Source: the human T2T-CHM13v2.0 reference genome, Homo sapiens
Length of the DNA stretch: 64,000 bases
Reading direction: 5' to 3' (one strand)
Assembly (NCBI RefSeq): GCF_009914755.1
Contig: NC_060928.1
Shown: in pieces, positions 39,049 to 52,064 of the stretch
Numbering within the stretch: the stretch's first letter is position 1
Layout of the letters: every line of letters starts with the position of its first letter
Position numbers and translations under genes: made by a program
The notes under the pieces: model-generated
What the model was told of the DNA's origin: nothing
Seen by the model: the letters and a program-made list of their open reading frames with translations, nothing else
Database searches by the model: none

Positions 39049-39358
39049 GGCCTCGCATAGTGGCTCATGCCTGTAATCCCAACACTTTGGGAGGCCGAGG
39101 CAGGCAGATCACCTGAGGGCCAGGAGGTCAAGGCCAGTCTGGCCAACATGGTGAAACCTCGACTCTACTAAAAGTACAAAAATTAACTCGGCATGGTGGC
39201 AGGCGCCTGTAACCCCAGCTACTCAGGAGGCTGAGGCAGGAGAATCACTTGACCCTGGAAGCGGAGATTGCAGTAAGCTGAGATAGCACCACTGCACTCT
39301 AGACTAGACAACAGAGCAAGACTCTGTCTCAGGAAATAATAATAATAAAATAAAAAAT
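39049..39358 (+). mobile_element. AluSx-like
   Basis: Full dimer with gatcacctgagg and an (AAT)n/A tail. Confidence 0.95.
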
Positions 39359-40046
39359 AATTATATGACTTTATTGGTACTACTGAGGCAAAATGACAGA
39401 AAAGCCACTTCCAGTTTTCCAAATCCTGTTTCAGATATTAAAATAACGCCAAGATTGTAGCATACACACAGTTATAATTAGGCATGTGTGCTTTTTTAAA
39501 AAACTTAATTGACAGATATACATATATAATTATTTTATCTCATTTAAATTAGATTAATTTTCATGTGAACTGGAGAAACTTTATAGGTTATAGTAATCTA
39601 CATCTTATTTTATCAAATTGCATCACATTATTTCACAATTTTATAACATTATAAGGAAAGCACCAGAATAAGAGTTAGCTCTTTGGTAGCTTCTCCGAAC
39701 AGTAGCCGAATCACTTGAAAAGGCTGCATGATCTTTCAAAGTTCTAATGTCCTCAAATTTAAAATGAGAATAATATTTGCTCATTTCATATTCCAGGGTC
39801 TTTAATCAATGACAAATAACATGGAGAATTTTTAAAAATTTAAGATAGCAACTATTTTTTAAGAAATAATTGTAATTAAACATTTGACATATAGGCCATT
39901 ACTCTTTCACAAAACATTAAACCTTCATAAGCAATTAATTGAATTTACTCATTTAAAATTTTATAAAGGTTTTACATACAAGTAAATTAATATTTTATAT
40001 GTGAAAATATTGAAAGGCTTCAAGATTAAAGAAAAAATGATTTTCT

Positions 40047-40131
40047 TTTTCTTTTTTCTTTTTTTTTTTTTTTTTGAGACGGAGTCTCACTCTGTCGCCC
40101 AGGCTGGAGTGCCTCAGCCTCCCGAGTAGCT
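40047..40131 (-). mobile_element. 5'-truncated, internally deleted young Alu
   Basis: Poly-T then gagacggagtctcactctgtcgcccaggctggagtgc|ctcagcctcccgagtagctg; 16-bp TSD (14/16 match). Confidence 0.9.
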
Positions 40132-41862
40132 GAAAAAAAGACTTTCTAAATTAAAAAAATACATATTTTGACTCAGTATACTGTCTTGTAAATAGAAAAA
40201 GATTAGTAGTTATTATTTAGGAAAGATACAACTGGAAATCCTTCTAGTAAATAAATAAGAACAACATATTAACATTCATCAGTTAGGAACATCATTTTAA
40301 TACCCTTGAAGATACTAAAAAACAATTTGTATATATCAATATTTTGAATAGTAATTTTGATACTTTTGTTTACATTATATTTTTTCTTAACATTTTTACT
40401 TAGAGTATTTAAAAATTTAAACAATTTTAACCTTAATTATCATGTGATAATATATTACATGTATCTCAGTGTAAAGAATATTAATTACATAGGCTCTGAA
40501 TTCATATTTCTAGTACATTATTTATGAGGGTATTGCTAAAATAGCAATCTTATAATAATTCCGCAGCAAAATTATCAGGTATTAATTTCTTCCTCTATGA
40601 CTAGGATGCTTTTCACTTGAAATGTTACCGTTGAACTTGATTCATTTCAGATTATACAATTCTAAATGTATAAATATTTAAATAAGAGCTTGTCAGAAGT
40701 TTACTTATAAAACTATTTACAAATAGACAAGGCAGTTTCACAAATAATATCTGGGATGATAATTTATAATATTTTGCAAAACAAATTGTTTCAATTGATA
40801 CAAAAGTAATTTGGAAGCAATCGAGTATATACCATAACTGATATGCTAATTATAGGTTGTTATTTATTAAAATAAGTTCCCTAAAGGTGGACTTTTGCTA
40901 AAGAATGTGCAATTTTGAAGGTAGTCTACGAATCAGACCAGCCCTACTCCAAATGATCAAATTCAGTAAGATTAAGCAATGTATCTTCTATGTTGTATTC
41001 AAATTGTCAAAATCTTAAGTATGTATCTTGTATCTCATTTTTATTTTTATAATTTTCCATGGGTAACAATAAGAGGTAATACGTGTAATGTTGTAGTAAC
41101 ATATAATCCCATACACACTTTAGTTCATTCCCAGAACGTGGCAGATAAATTCTTTCCTAAGAGTCCTAGATTCAACTAATAATTTTCTTAAACACAATGA
41201 AATTTTTGTCATCTTTACTTAGTAACTAAAACCAATATTTTTCACTTACATTCTCTCATCAGTCTTAATTAAACCACTGGTCATGGGAAAACAAGCTTTT
41301 AGTTTTAGAGTTATGCAATATGTTAGATGAATGCCATATTTTTTTCTAATGGATCCCTAAATGGAAGCCACATTTTAATGTATTCAGCCCATCCCAAGTC
41401 ATATCCTGAGTTTAAGAGTTTAGAAATTTTATTGTATACTTAGACGGTATAAAGCTTAAAATGACTAACTTCTACTGAAACATGTAGAAGACTAATATAT
41501 AAATCAGAGATCTGTGTATTATTTTCAATGAAGACTATAACATCTAGATCAGATATTTATTTGGGCCTGGAGAGATCATCGTTTTTTGTTTTTTTTTTCC
41601 TCTAGGCAAACCATTGGAAAGTCAGATAATAGATGGCTGCCTGGGGATGATAACAAAAGAAAGGGGTATTATGTGGAGTATTCAAATCTCTCACAACATC
41701 AGACTTACATATCCTGATGTAATCACCTTCTGTATAGGGATCTAGCTGCCAGGAAGATGTTGAGTTGCCCTGGATGACATTTTCAGTTCTTAACAACATG
41801 AGTAACATTGGCCTTTGTAACTATTTTTTCTTTTCCATTCATTCTTGACTCACCAACTAAGC

Positions 41863-43518
41863 TTTTATTTTTTTTTATTTTTTATTTTTTTATTGATCAT
41901 TCTTGGGTGTTTCTCGCAGAGGGGGATTTGGCAGGGTCATAGGACAATAGTGGAGGGAAGGTCAGCAGATAAACAAGTGAACAAAGGTCTCTGGTTTTCC
42001 TAGGCAGAGGACCCTGCGGGCCTTCCGCAGTGTTTGTGTCCCTGGGTACTTGAGATTAGGGAGTGGTGATGACTCTTAACCAGCATGCTGCCTTCAAGCA
42101 TCTGTTTAACAAAGCACATCTTGCACCGCCCTTAATCCATTTAACCCTGAGTGGACACAGCACATGTTTCAGAGAGCACAGGGTTGGGGGTACAGTCATA
42201 GATCAACAGGATCCCAAGGCAGAATTTTTCTTAGTACAGAACAAAATGAAAAGTCTCCCATGTCTACTTCTTTCTACACAGACACAGCAACCATCCGATT
42301 TCTCAATCTTTTCCCCACCTTTCCCCCTTTTCTATTCCACAAAACCGCCATTGTCATCATGGCCCGTTCTCAATGAGCTGTTGGGTACACCTCCCAGACG
42401 GGGTGGTGGGCGGGCAGAGGGGCTCCTCACTTCCCAGTAGGGGCAGCCGGGCAGAGGCGCCCCCCACCTCCCGGATGGGGCAGCTGGCCGGACGGGTGCT
42501 GACCCACCACCTCCCTCCCGGACGGGGCGGCTGGCTGGGCGGGGGCTGACCCCCCACCTCCCTCCCGGATGGGGCGGCTGGCCTGGTGGGGGCTGACCCC
42601 CACCTCCCTCCCGGACGGGGTGGCTGCCGGGCGGAGATGCTCCTCACTTCCCAGATGGGGTGGCTGCCGGGCGGAGGGGCTCCTCACTTCTCAGAAGGGG
42701 CGGCTGCCGGGCGGAGGTCTCCTCACTTCTCAGAGGGGGTGGCCGGGCAGAGACGCTCCTCACCTCCCAGACAGGGTTGCGGCCGGGCAGAGGCGCTCCT
42801 CACATCCCAGACGGGGCGGCGGGGCAGAGGCGCTCCCCACATCTCAGATGATGGGCGGCCGGGCAGAGACGCTCCTCACTTCCTAGATGGCAGGGCGGCC
42901 GGGAAGAGGCGCTCGTCACTTCCTAGATGGGATGGCGGCTGGGCAGAGACGCTCCTCACTTTCCAGACTGGGCAGCCAGGCAGAGGGGCTCCTCACATCC
43001 CAGACGATGGGCGGCCAGGCAGAGACGCTCTTCACTTCCCAGACAGGGTGGCGGCCGGGCAGAGGCTGCAATCTCGGCACTTTGGGAGGCCAAGGCAGGC
43101 AGCTGGGAGGTGGAGGTTGTAGCGAGCCGAGATCAGGCCACACTGCACTCCAGCCTGGGCACCATTGATCACTGAGTGAACGAGACTCCGTCTGCAATCC
43201 CGGCACCTCCGGAGGCTGAGGCTGGCAGGTCACTCGCGGTTAGGAGCTGGAGACCAGCCCTGCCAACACAGCGAAACCCCGTCTCCACCAAAAAAATACG
43301 AAAACCAATCAGGCATGGCAGCGCGTGCCTGCAATCGCAGGCACTCGGCAGGCTGAGGCAGGAGAATCAGGCAGGGAGGTTGCAGTGAGCCGAGATGGCA
43401 GCAGTACAGTCCAGCTTCGGCTCGGCATCAGAGGGAGACCGTGGAAAGAGAGGGAGAGGGAGACCGTGGGGAGAGGGAGAGGGCAAGGGCGAGGGAGAGG
43501 GAGAGGGAGAGGGAGAGG
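41863..43518 (-). mobile_element. Full-length SVA (SVA_D-like), ~1.65 kb
   Basis: Poly-A tail, SINE-R (~41890-42395), GC-rich VNTR (~42396-43065), Alu-like domain (~43066-43440), (CCCTCT)n hexamer (~43450-43518). Confidence 0.97.
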
Positions 43519-43569
43519 AGGCCTTGCTTTCTTGCTTTTAATTAACCTTTTGGTTAATTGAAATAAATA

Positions 43570-43790
43570 AAATAGCTACTATTAGTTAACATTTATTGTT
43601 AAGTGCTTACAATGTGCTAGAAAGCATTCTCATCATGTTATATTAATTATCTTATTGAATCCTCTCAACCATCCTGCTAAAAACCAACATTTTACAGATC
43701 AGAAAACTAAACTGTAGACCGGTAAATTAACAAGACTTGAGTCGATGTCATCAGTAAGACACAGATGTAGTACTCAAACTCGAGTGTGTT
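43570..43790 (-). mobile_element. MIR
   Basis: aacatttattg...gtgcttacaatgtgctag...aatcctctcaacc...cattttacagatcagaaaactaa. Confidence 0.75.
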
Positions 43791-43899
43791 TAAATATAAA
43801 CTGTAAATCCCCAATCTCGGTGCCTTTCATTTCTCTTCATGCTAGGGCAATCTTGCTCTCATTTTTATCTGCATTTTGGGGAGTGTAAAACACCTCTAG

Positions 43900-44012
43900 A
43901 TTTCATAATAGTACCACCAACATTCTTACTGCAGATGACAAAGCTGAGTTTCAAAATAACGTGTTCAAGTTTCTCAGCTAGTAAGGACTAGTAAGGGACC
44001 TGAACCTGAATC
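43900..44012 (-). mobile_element. MIR fragment
   Basis: cattcttactgcagatgacaaagctgag...cagctagtaagg...tgaacc. Confidence 0.55.
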
Positions 44013-45677
44013 TTCCTTTAAAACAGACACTTGCCGCAGAGGTGGCCTCCTCATGGTAAGCTCTGTTCTTCCATATGTGAACAAAATTCAATAACTGACT
44101 GGGCAAAAGAGCTCTTCGGAGTAGTTATTTCCTTGGGGAGTACTGCTGGTTAAGCCTACAGTATAAAATCCAAAGGGTTTCATCATCAAGAGCAGGTAAG
44201 TTCAGTATGGTGTGTGCACTTTTCTTTAATTCATTTTTACCATCCCTGTAGTAAACATGGTCACAAATAAACCTATCAAAACTCTCATTTAATGCCCAGA
44301 ATATTCTCTTCATCGCCACGCAAACACTTATCTCTGCAGCCCTCTCAGTTATCACAGGGACAGCTAGAGATTTCCATTTTGAGGAAATTAACCTTTTATT
44401 GCCCAGCACAGTTCTTCAAAGCCACTTGCTGTTGTTTCAATCTAAATTACTCAGGAGTGACGAATTACAGCCACTGCATAAGAAAAGATTACCTGGGAGG
44501 TCAAGGGCTTTCTTTCTCAGTTACAGAAAAAAAAAAAAAAAAAACAGATATTGTTAAATAACGCTAAATTTCCCTTGAAAAACATTTCAAGGAATCATGT
44601 AGTAGATTATAACAGAAAATGATCAACCTAATATTTTTGCAACAAAGATGAATGAAAATTATATACACATATGGTATGTGTATGTTTGCATCTGTAGAGT
44701 AACTCTAATGCTAGTCAAAACTTCTACTTACGGCATTTATCCAGATTAAATTAAATGTGAAATCAAGGAAAATTACAATCTGGGTATAAATGAGGCAGAT
44801 GTAGACTGTGAAGTCACTTCGCTCATTCCATTATGGATATTGCATTAAAATTACATACCTCATGCCCTAAAAGCTGATGAAATAGTTTGGTTCCTTACTA
44901 AAAAAATTTCTTCAGTATATAGCATAATGCTCATAAGTAAGTGTAAAATCAACGAATGAATGAATGAACAAATGAAAGGGCAATAGGCAAATTATGAAAA
45001 GCCTGTAAGAAAGAGCATAAAGGCTTACATAAATAAAAAAAACCTGTCATCTAAAATGGAAAACTCTCCACGATTTTTTTGTCAGTCCCGAAGACCAGAG
45101 TCATTTGGAACAGAGCTGAGATCAATTTGAAAAATAAAATCTATATTTAAAAAAAGATTTTAAAGACACTAGTTCTGGCTGTTCTTTAGTCTGACAAAGT
45201 TAGTTAAAATCAGAGAATTATAAAGTATTCTCAATTTTCAGTTGACTTATTTTAAAAATACTTGATTTAATAGTAATTTTGTTATAGCCTAAAATAATCG
45301 CAGCCTCTTAGAATTCAAGGTAATGGAATTTGTTTTATAGTATCTGCAATAGCCTCTTTCTTACATGGGTAACAGAAGGATGAACCACTTGGTTTCAGAT
45401 TCTCATGTTGTGTGTAAAGGTGGCTCCAGCCATCTCTGTTATTTCACAGTACCCTTAGTGTGTGGACTATCTTCTGCTTTGATAATAATGGATTTCTTTC
45501 CTCTTTGAATCTGCTACCGGTTAAAACATTTTGTACAACCTTGAAGGTGTACTTGGCTTTCTGCTATTATTATCTCCATCTATAGTTATACAGAAATTTA
45601 AAATATGTGATTTATAATCAAACATTGTTATAAAAGTAGTTTTTGTTTTGTTTTTTGTTTTTTTTTTTTTTTTTTTA

Positions 45678-45986
<309 letters not shown>

Positions 45987-46774
45987 GAAATATGCATATT
46001 TTCATTTTATGGATGAAGGTACAGTGCCTGGTATAGCCTAACTGCTCAATAATTTATTATTAAATAGATAAAAGAAGCTCATAAAGTTAGACAACTTTCC
46101 TAAAGTCATGTAGAAAGTGTATACCAGTCTAGGAACTTAGCCATCTCACTCTTTGTGGTCTACCCTTGGATTATTGGGGAAGTATGTGTGGAGCACCAAG
46201 TATCTGCTTTGCAGAAGGAATGTTCTCAAAATTCACTTTAAAGCCAGCTTTTTTTTTTTTTTTTGCATAAGGGCTCAGACATTTTTCATCCCATATTTTT
46301 AAGAGATAACCATTAAATGTCTTCGTTTTTATCTTGTAGTAAGCCTCTGAATCATCTGTCTTCTTAGAATAAAGGCCTCAAATGGTGGAGCCTCAATTTT
46401 AACATGCTCTTTGATGAATTAACATTTGCTCTAATAGTCTCTCTTTATCTTTACAACCTAAGGACAATTTATAAAAGTTTCAAATCTCTGTCTTAAATAA
46501 TAGTATCTGAAAATTTTCTCTTTTTAAAAGAAAGTATATAGTTAGCAGTGGACCCTGCAGATTGTCTTCCTCCTTACTGAACCTAGCACTGCTCCATATG
46601 CCATGTGTATCTGTGGAAACTGACCTCATCTCAACTTTAGCAGTAGACTTAGTTTAGGTAAAGACAGTTGGCTTTGGAATTTCCTGAGTGACTCAGGGGG
46701 TGAGCAGTAGGACTATGTTTGTCCCATCACACTGAATATAAGGACTTACATTTTTCCATCTATTGAGAAATATG

Positions 46775-47320
46775 ACTGTTTTGATTATTAATTGCTGCAT
46801 CACAAACACTTCTTCCCTCCCACTAAAAAAAACAACAACAACAACAAGAACAAAGCAATGGTTTAAACAATGGTCATTTATTTAATTCACAAACCAGTAA
46901 TCTGGGCAAGACAATGTGAGGATAACTCGTGTCCATTCCATGTGGCATCAGCTGGGCAGCTGGACTGGGAATGGAAGATTCACATTTAAGATAGTAATTT
47001 ACATGAATCATTAGATAGTGTGGGCTGTTCCCTGGGAGTTCAGCTAGCCACAGTTGTTCTTCATGGGGGCCTGTTCTGGGGCTTGTTAGACTTTTGCACA
47101 GTATGGCCATCGGGCTGCAAAAGCAAGTGTTCAAAGACAGACAAAGTAGAAGCTACCAGTATTTTAGGGCTTGGGTCTAGGAGAAAGCACAGATTCACTT
47201 TTGCCATATTCCATTGTTCAAATAGACATAGATCTCACCCAAATTCAAGGGGATGGTACATAGAATTCATCTCAAGAGGGAGAAATATCAAATTATTTGT
47301 GGCTATCCTTAATGTTGCAT
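46775..47320 (-). mobile_element. MLT1G/H-like LTR
   Basis: attgctgcatcacaaacac...ccatgtggcatcagctggg...cacttttgccatattccattg...cccaaattcaagggg. Confidence 0.7.
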
Positions 47321-47559
47321 GATGAGTAAGAAAACCTGTAGCAGTGATAGACACTATCTTGAAATCAAGAGAGGAACAAGCTTTTAGGTGAATTTAATCC
47401 AATGGATTTCAGATTTATGAGAAGAACCTGGGTCTTTGAAAACAATGAGCCACTTAGTCAACCTGCCTGAAAATGTCACTATGTGTGAGATTCCACCTAT
47501 GTGAGATAATAAATGCAATACTTTTCAAAGCAAGTCAAATTAAGAATATTTGTTAGTTG

Positions 47560-47990
47560 TGTTAAAAAGATAAACTGAGGTAAATATAATTTATATAATG
47601 TATTTAAACAAACAGTAATTCATGAATAGGGCAGCTCTAAGCAAGAAGTGGTTCTTCAATGCCATTGAAAAAGCATAAGGGATATACTTTTATAGAATGA
47701 ATCAGAAGGTAATACAAAGAAAATGTTTAACTGATAAGCATCATAAAATTGCCTTATTTGCTCCATCCCACTGAAAAATCCCTAGTTCTGTAATCATGTT
47801 ATCTGGCTTCCTTTTATTGGTTTAAGCTTAAGTTCTGTTTTTCTTTAATATAGGCATTTACAAGAAATGACCCACATTTTCTGCCTATATTTGCAACTTA
47901 AGCAAGGTTAAAGTTATTTTCAAGGCCGAAGTGGCTTGGTTAGCTCAGGGATTTTCATTAAAATGATCTTCATTTTAATTTGCTTTAATA
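47560..47990. mobile_element. MER4-group ERV1 solo LTR (MER57/MER92/MER93-like)
   Basis: tgttaaaaagataaactgagg...attcatgaatagggcagctc...tttaata; TSD gttg/gttt. Confidence 0.65.
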
Positions 47991-48279
47991 GTTTCTACTT
48001 AAGCTATTCTAACTGATACAAAGTCATGCTAGGATTTAAAAGACAATATGCAAAAATTTGATCTGGTTTATATCTCTAAAAGCCTGTAGTTAGAAACAAA
48101 AAGGTAAGTGTGAGAATCAGTAAAAGAAGGAGGAATAAATTATTTAATTTCTGTTTCTTAGAAATGATATGGGTCATACTAAATTTATTCTTAAACAACA
48201 AAGAACAACTGAATTAATACTAATTAGTAATGTGCCAACTCCCTTGAGCCAAATGAAAATTTCTTTATTATCAAGAGTG

Positions 48280-48500
48280 GATAGTGATGCATTATTTGAT
48301 TTGTTTTACAATCTCTGTGGCAGATTTTAACTACATTCTAATTAATTTACTAATGGGATTTGAGCACTAATTGGCATTTTACAAAATCTTCAGAATTGTA
48401 AAAAAATAAGATGTTGTACAAGTCTTGTCAGAAACAATTGGTTTATCTGTCATTCTGTCAATCAAAAATTTTCAATATTGAGAAATTTGAAATCTGCCTT
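48280..48500. promoter_or_regulatory. Putative TALE-homeodomain enhancer-like block
   Basis: Three TGTCA within 35 bp, including the PBX-MEIS/PREP decamer CTGTCAATCA (48455-48464); TAATTA and AACAAT nearby. Confidence 0.35.
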
Positions 48501-51500
48501 GAATAATAATCTAGGACTAGTTTGTATGTTAAAAACACTAAATTTCACAAAATAAAAATTCATCTTTGAGCATTATATTTTTCCATTTCACCTGTCTTGT
48601 AAAATGAAAATAATAGCCAGAAAAGCATTATATTAAATTTATCTTTCCTTCCTTCCTTCCTTCCTCTCCTTCTACCTCTCCTTCTCTCTGTCTCTCTTCT
48701 TCTCTCTCTTTCTCTTTCACTACTTAATAAGAATAACTGAATTGGTAGCGTTTATATCTACTAGAAGGAGACGTCACAAATTCTTTCCAGTATTAGTATT
48801 ATCTAAGAAATTTATGCTAAAATTTTAAACCCCACACCTGAGAGAGTATATTTTGTTAAGTGTAAATAAAATCAGTAAATTATGAAGTATTTCATGTGAT
48901 CCTGTTCAGGGACTGCTCTGTGAGAAAATATCTGATGAGGAAAATTAAGCAGGCAGTGGCATGAAAGGGAAAGGGCAAGAATGGACCCAAATGCAGATCC
49001 AAATGTAACTAAATAGATCAGTTAGTCTACAACCTGCCACAAATGTGGGTTTTAATTCCTAATAATGACCCTGAGTTACTGCATTTTTAAAAATTATAGC
49101 CTAAATCATCAAATATGTTTGATCAATATAATGCTATAGTTACTAAATTTAAAGTATAATTGAACATTTTTAAAATGCATGATTCTGAATGCCAGTATTT
49201 GAGACCAGAAGATGTAATTTCTTTGAATAAATTCAAACAAGATTTTTTGAGATGCATATTTTTAAAAACCATTGTCTATGCAAAATAAGTAAGACTATGA
49301 CTTAGTAAAAATTATCTTTGACTAAATCAGGCATAAAATAAAGTATTAGTACTTGTAAAACCTTCTATAACATGACAACATATAATTAATGTTCTTATGC
49401 TAATTATACTTCTACAACCATGATTAAATTCCCCCAGTCCCAAACTCCAGTCTCCACCTCTCTCTTTTCTCTTTCTCTCTCTCTTTTGCTCTCTCTCCTC
49501 TCCATACCTCATTGTCATTCTCATTAAGTGGGCATACTAACACAGGCTGTTATTTGGGACCTTGGTCAAGTATTGTACTCTCTCATAGCCTAAATGTCCT
49601 TATTTTTAAAATAAGCACTTTTATGAGATGATTTCTCATGTTTTAAAGCTCTGTCTCATTTCTCTGTCTCTTACCAACTCCTCTCTTTGTGTGTATGTGT
49701 ATACATATGAATTCACATACATTTATACACACATATATGCATCCGATTCCTCTACTTTGATGCTCGCTGCTCACATCCAGCATTATGTTTAATATTATTT
49801 CAATTTATATCATTTTAATAGATTCACATGTGAAGATGATTAAGTAATGTAATATGCATAATTAATCCCATCAATGCCAGCACCCTAATGATTATATACA
49901 AATATTTGTATGCCTCTGAACAACAAAACACATAACCTAATTTAGTATTTGTTATAACCCTGAGAAGGAAATCTTCCAGTTTAAATTTGTTTTAGTATTG
50001 CTGCATCTAATAACTGACAAGGTGAGATAATCTTTCTTGTTCCCATTAGTACCAAAATTTAATGCTTCTGTGAAAAATAAAACATTTCTGGACCTGCACA
50101 GGTGAGTCTTACTTTCTTCACAAATAAACCTGGGAGTAGTTGGTCTTAATAAGCTGCCTCTGTCTTCATTTGTAAAAATTGTAAAAAAAAATGGAATGAC
50201 ATCATATTGAGAGGGGAAATATAGCAAAAAGTATGTAAGAATTGTAAATCTGTTATGCTTGTCACAATGTTGAACGGGTACAGAATAAATGAAGAAATAT
50301 ACACTTCTTTAAATTTTCATAACTATGCTCTGGTACATACCATTTTTGCTGACCTACGTAAGGCTGTAAGTCTGTTATATTTCTGAAAAAGGTTTTTATG
50401 GCCTTTTGGTATTGGATATTGTCAATTTGTTCATATTTTACTTAAATCTTTATATTACAATGAGAATTTGACATAACCAGCTAACAAAGTATTATAAGGT
50501 TTAGTACAGTACATTTTAGACAAATGGATAATACTTCACAGACCCTAAGCTGGATTGGTATTTTGCTGGGTGGTCTGTCTCATGTATAGAAGATACGCAT
50601 CACTTCTGAGCACATTAAGGGTATGTTCCTGCATAAATGGTAAACACTCAAGTCATTAAAATGTAAAGAGTGCAGTAGGAGAGACAGTTCAAAGGAACAT
50701 TGAAGACAGGCCAGTTTGGGAGATTTTCCTCTTCTTTTTTTTCTTCCTTAATTTATTCTGTTTTATCTTCATCTTCAAAACTTATTTACCAGTCTTGCTT
50801 CAGTGAGGTGAGAACCTGATTAAGGATAAGATGTTAAGGAATTAATACACTGCAGAATTGACTCCCTCTCAAGTTGCATTTATTTGTTGAAATAAGTAAT
50901 ATCTTTAATACAGCATCCTTGAAGCATGGTGTATTTGGCATCACTCATATAGCTGAGCTAACCCCTCCCTTACACACACAGGCACACACACAAACACACC
51001 AGTATATTAATTATTACCTACTATATCGGCCCTATTAGCAAGTCACCAATGTCAACCACTATAATTTCTGGTTAAGGGTCAGCTTTTCCTCCAAGTTTAT
51101 ATTTTCTTCCTTATCTCATGGTTTAGTTAAACACCAAAAAAAACCAATAAAGCATCATCTTGGTGAATGTCGAAATCTTGTGTTAACTTGCACTCCATTA
51201 TGTCCCTTTAGCCACAAAATAGAGCTGAACCTATTATAGAAATTCCTAAAAATCTATTCCAATGAGGAAAATAAAAAAGAACAGATTTGTGTCCAGGAAA
51301 GCTAACTAAATCTATTGTCCTAACCTAGGAATTGTACTTCTACTTGGAGGCCTATGTTTGTGTAGTACAATGTCAGCCCTGGACCTCTTCCCAAGGGAAA
51401 ACAACACCATAGTATTGCCAAGAATTATCCTGGCTTAACCTCTGCATTAATTACTACAACAGCCTGAATGCTACCCTAAGTCATTCTCATTAGCCTGAGG

Positions 51501-51629
51501 CCCCCCTTATATGCAGCAAGAATACACCAAAACGTCATAAAGAAATCCCTTTTCGCAGCCTCTCTCTTCTGTTAATTGGCTTCACTGTCTCCTCAATTCA
51601 AATTTCATAACAAAGTGATAACGATTACA

Positions 51630-51850
51630 TCAACCTGGAGGAGAACAGATGGCAGAAAACCTGAGTTCTGGCACTACTGCTGCCAATTATGAGATCTGTG
51701 ATCTTGGAAATTCACTTGACTTCTGTATCTGTTTTCTTATAAAGTAAGAAAAATCATGTCAGCCTCACAGGATTGTTGTGAGAAAGATGTTTAAAACAAA
51801 TTGGAAGCATATTATGATGAAAGGCATTTCCATTATAATAATTACTGGTT
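51630..51850 (+). mobile_element. MIR
   Basis: cagaaaacctgagttctgg...ctgtgatcttggaaattcacttgacttctgtatctgttttc...cctcacaggattgttgtgag. Confidence 0.75.
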
Positions 51851-52064
51851 ACTTGGCAGAAAGAAAACACACACCCTGTTCAATGGTATAACACCTCCTG
51901 GTATTCCTCACTACACTGGTACTGCAATTATCAGCATGTCTTTCTATAAAGTCATATATAATGGGTTTCAGGTCCTTAAAAAATAATTTCTAATAATATT
52001 ATGTAACATATTCTTCTAAAATTCGGTGTTTCTAAAGGCAATTCAAGGAGAGGGGACCTTGTAG

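Larger units (their letters stand above)
46540..48020 (+). mobile_element. Old MLT1 (K/L-like) LTR hosting two nested LTRs
   Basis: 3' part gaacctgggtctttgaaaac...atgtgagataataaatgc...attctaactgataca; interrupted twice. Confidence 0.55.

Noticed and set aside
42396-43065. Repeat-spacer-like periodicity suggesting a CRISPR array
   Set aside because: These are tandem SVA VNTR units without unique spacers; no cas genes; eukaryotic DNA
42063-43561. Many overlapping Gly/Arg/Pro-rich ORFs up to 178 aa
   Set aside because: By-product of the GC-rich SVA VNTR and Alu-like domain
44030-44050. CTCF-like ccgcagaggtggc
   Set aside because: Spacing is one base off the CTCF core
43935-44060. Apparent exon cag|ATG...atg|gtaagc
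   Set aside because: Mostly a MIR core with a weak polypyrimidine tract
44125-44409. 94-aa minus-strand ORF in unique sequence
   Set aside because: Non-ATG start, no recognisable domain, and length within chance expectation
45640-45676. Long T-run suggesting an orphan retrocopy tail
   Set aside because: No element body, polyadenylation signal or TSD found; slippage suffices
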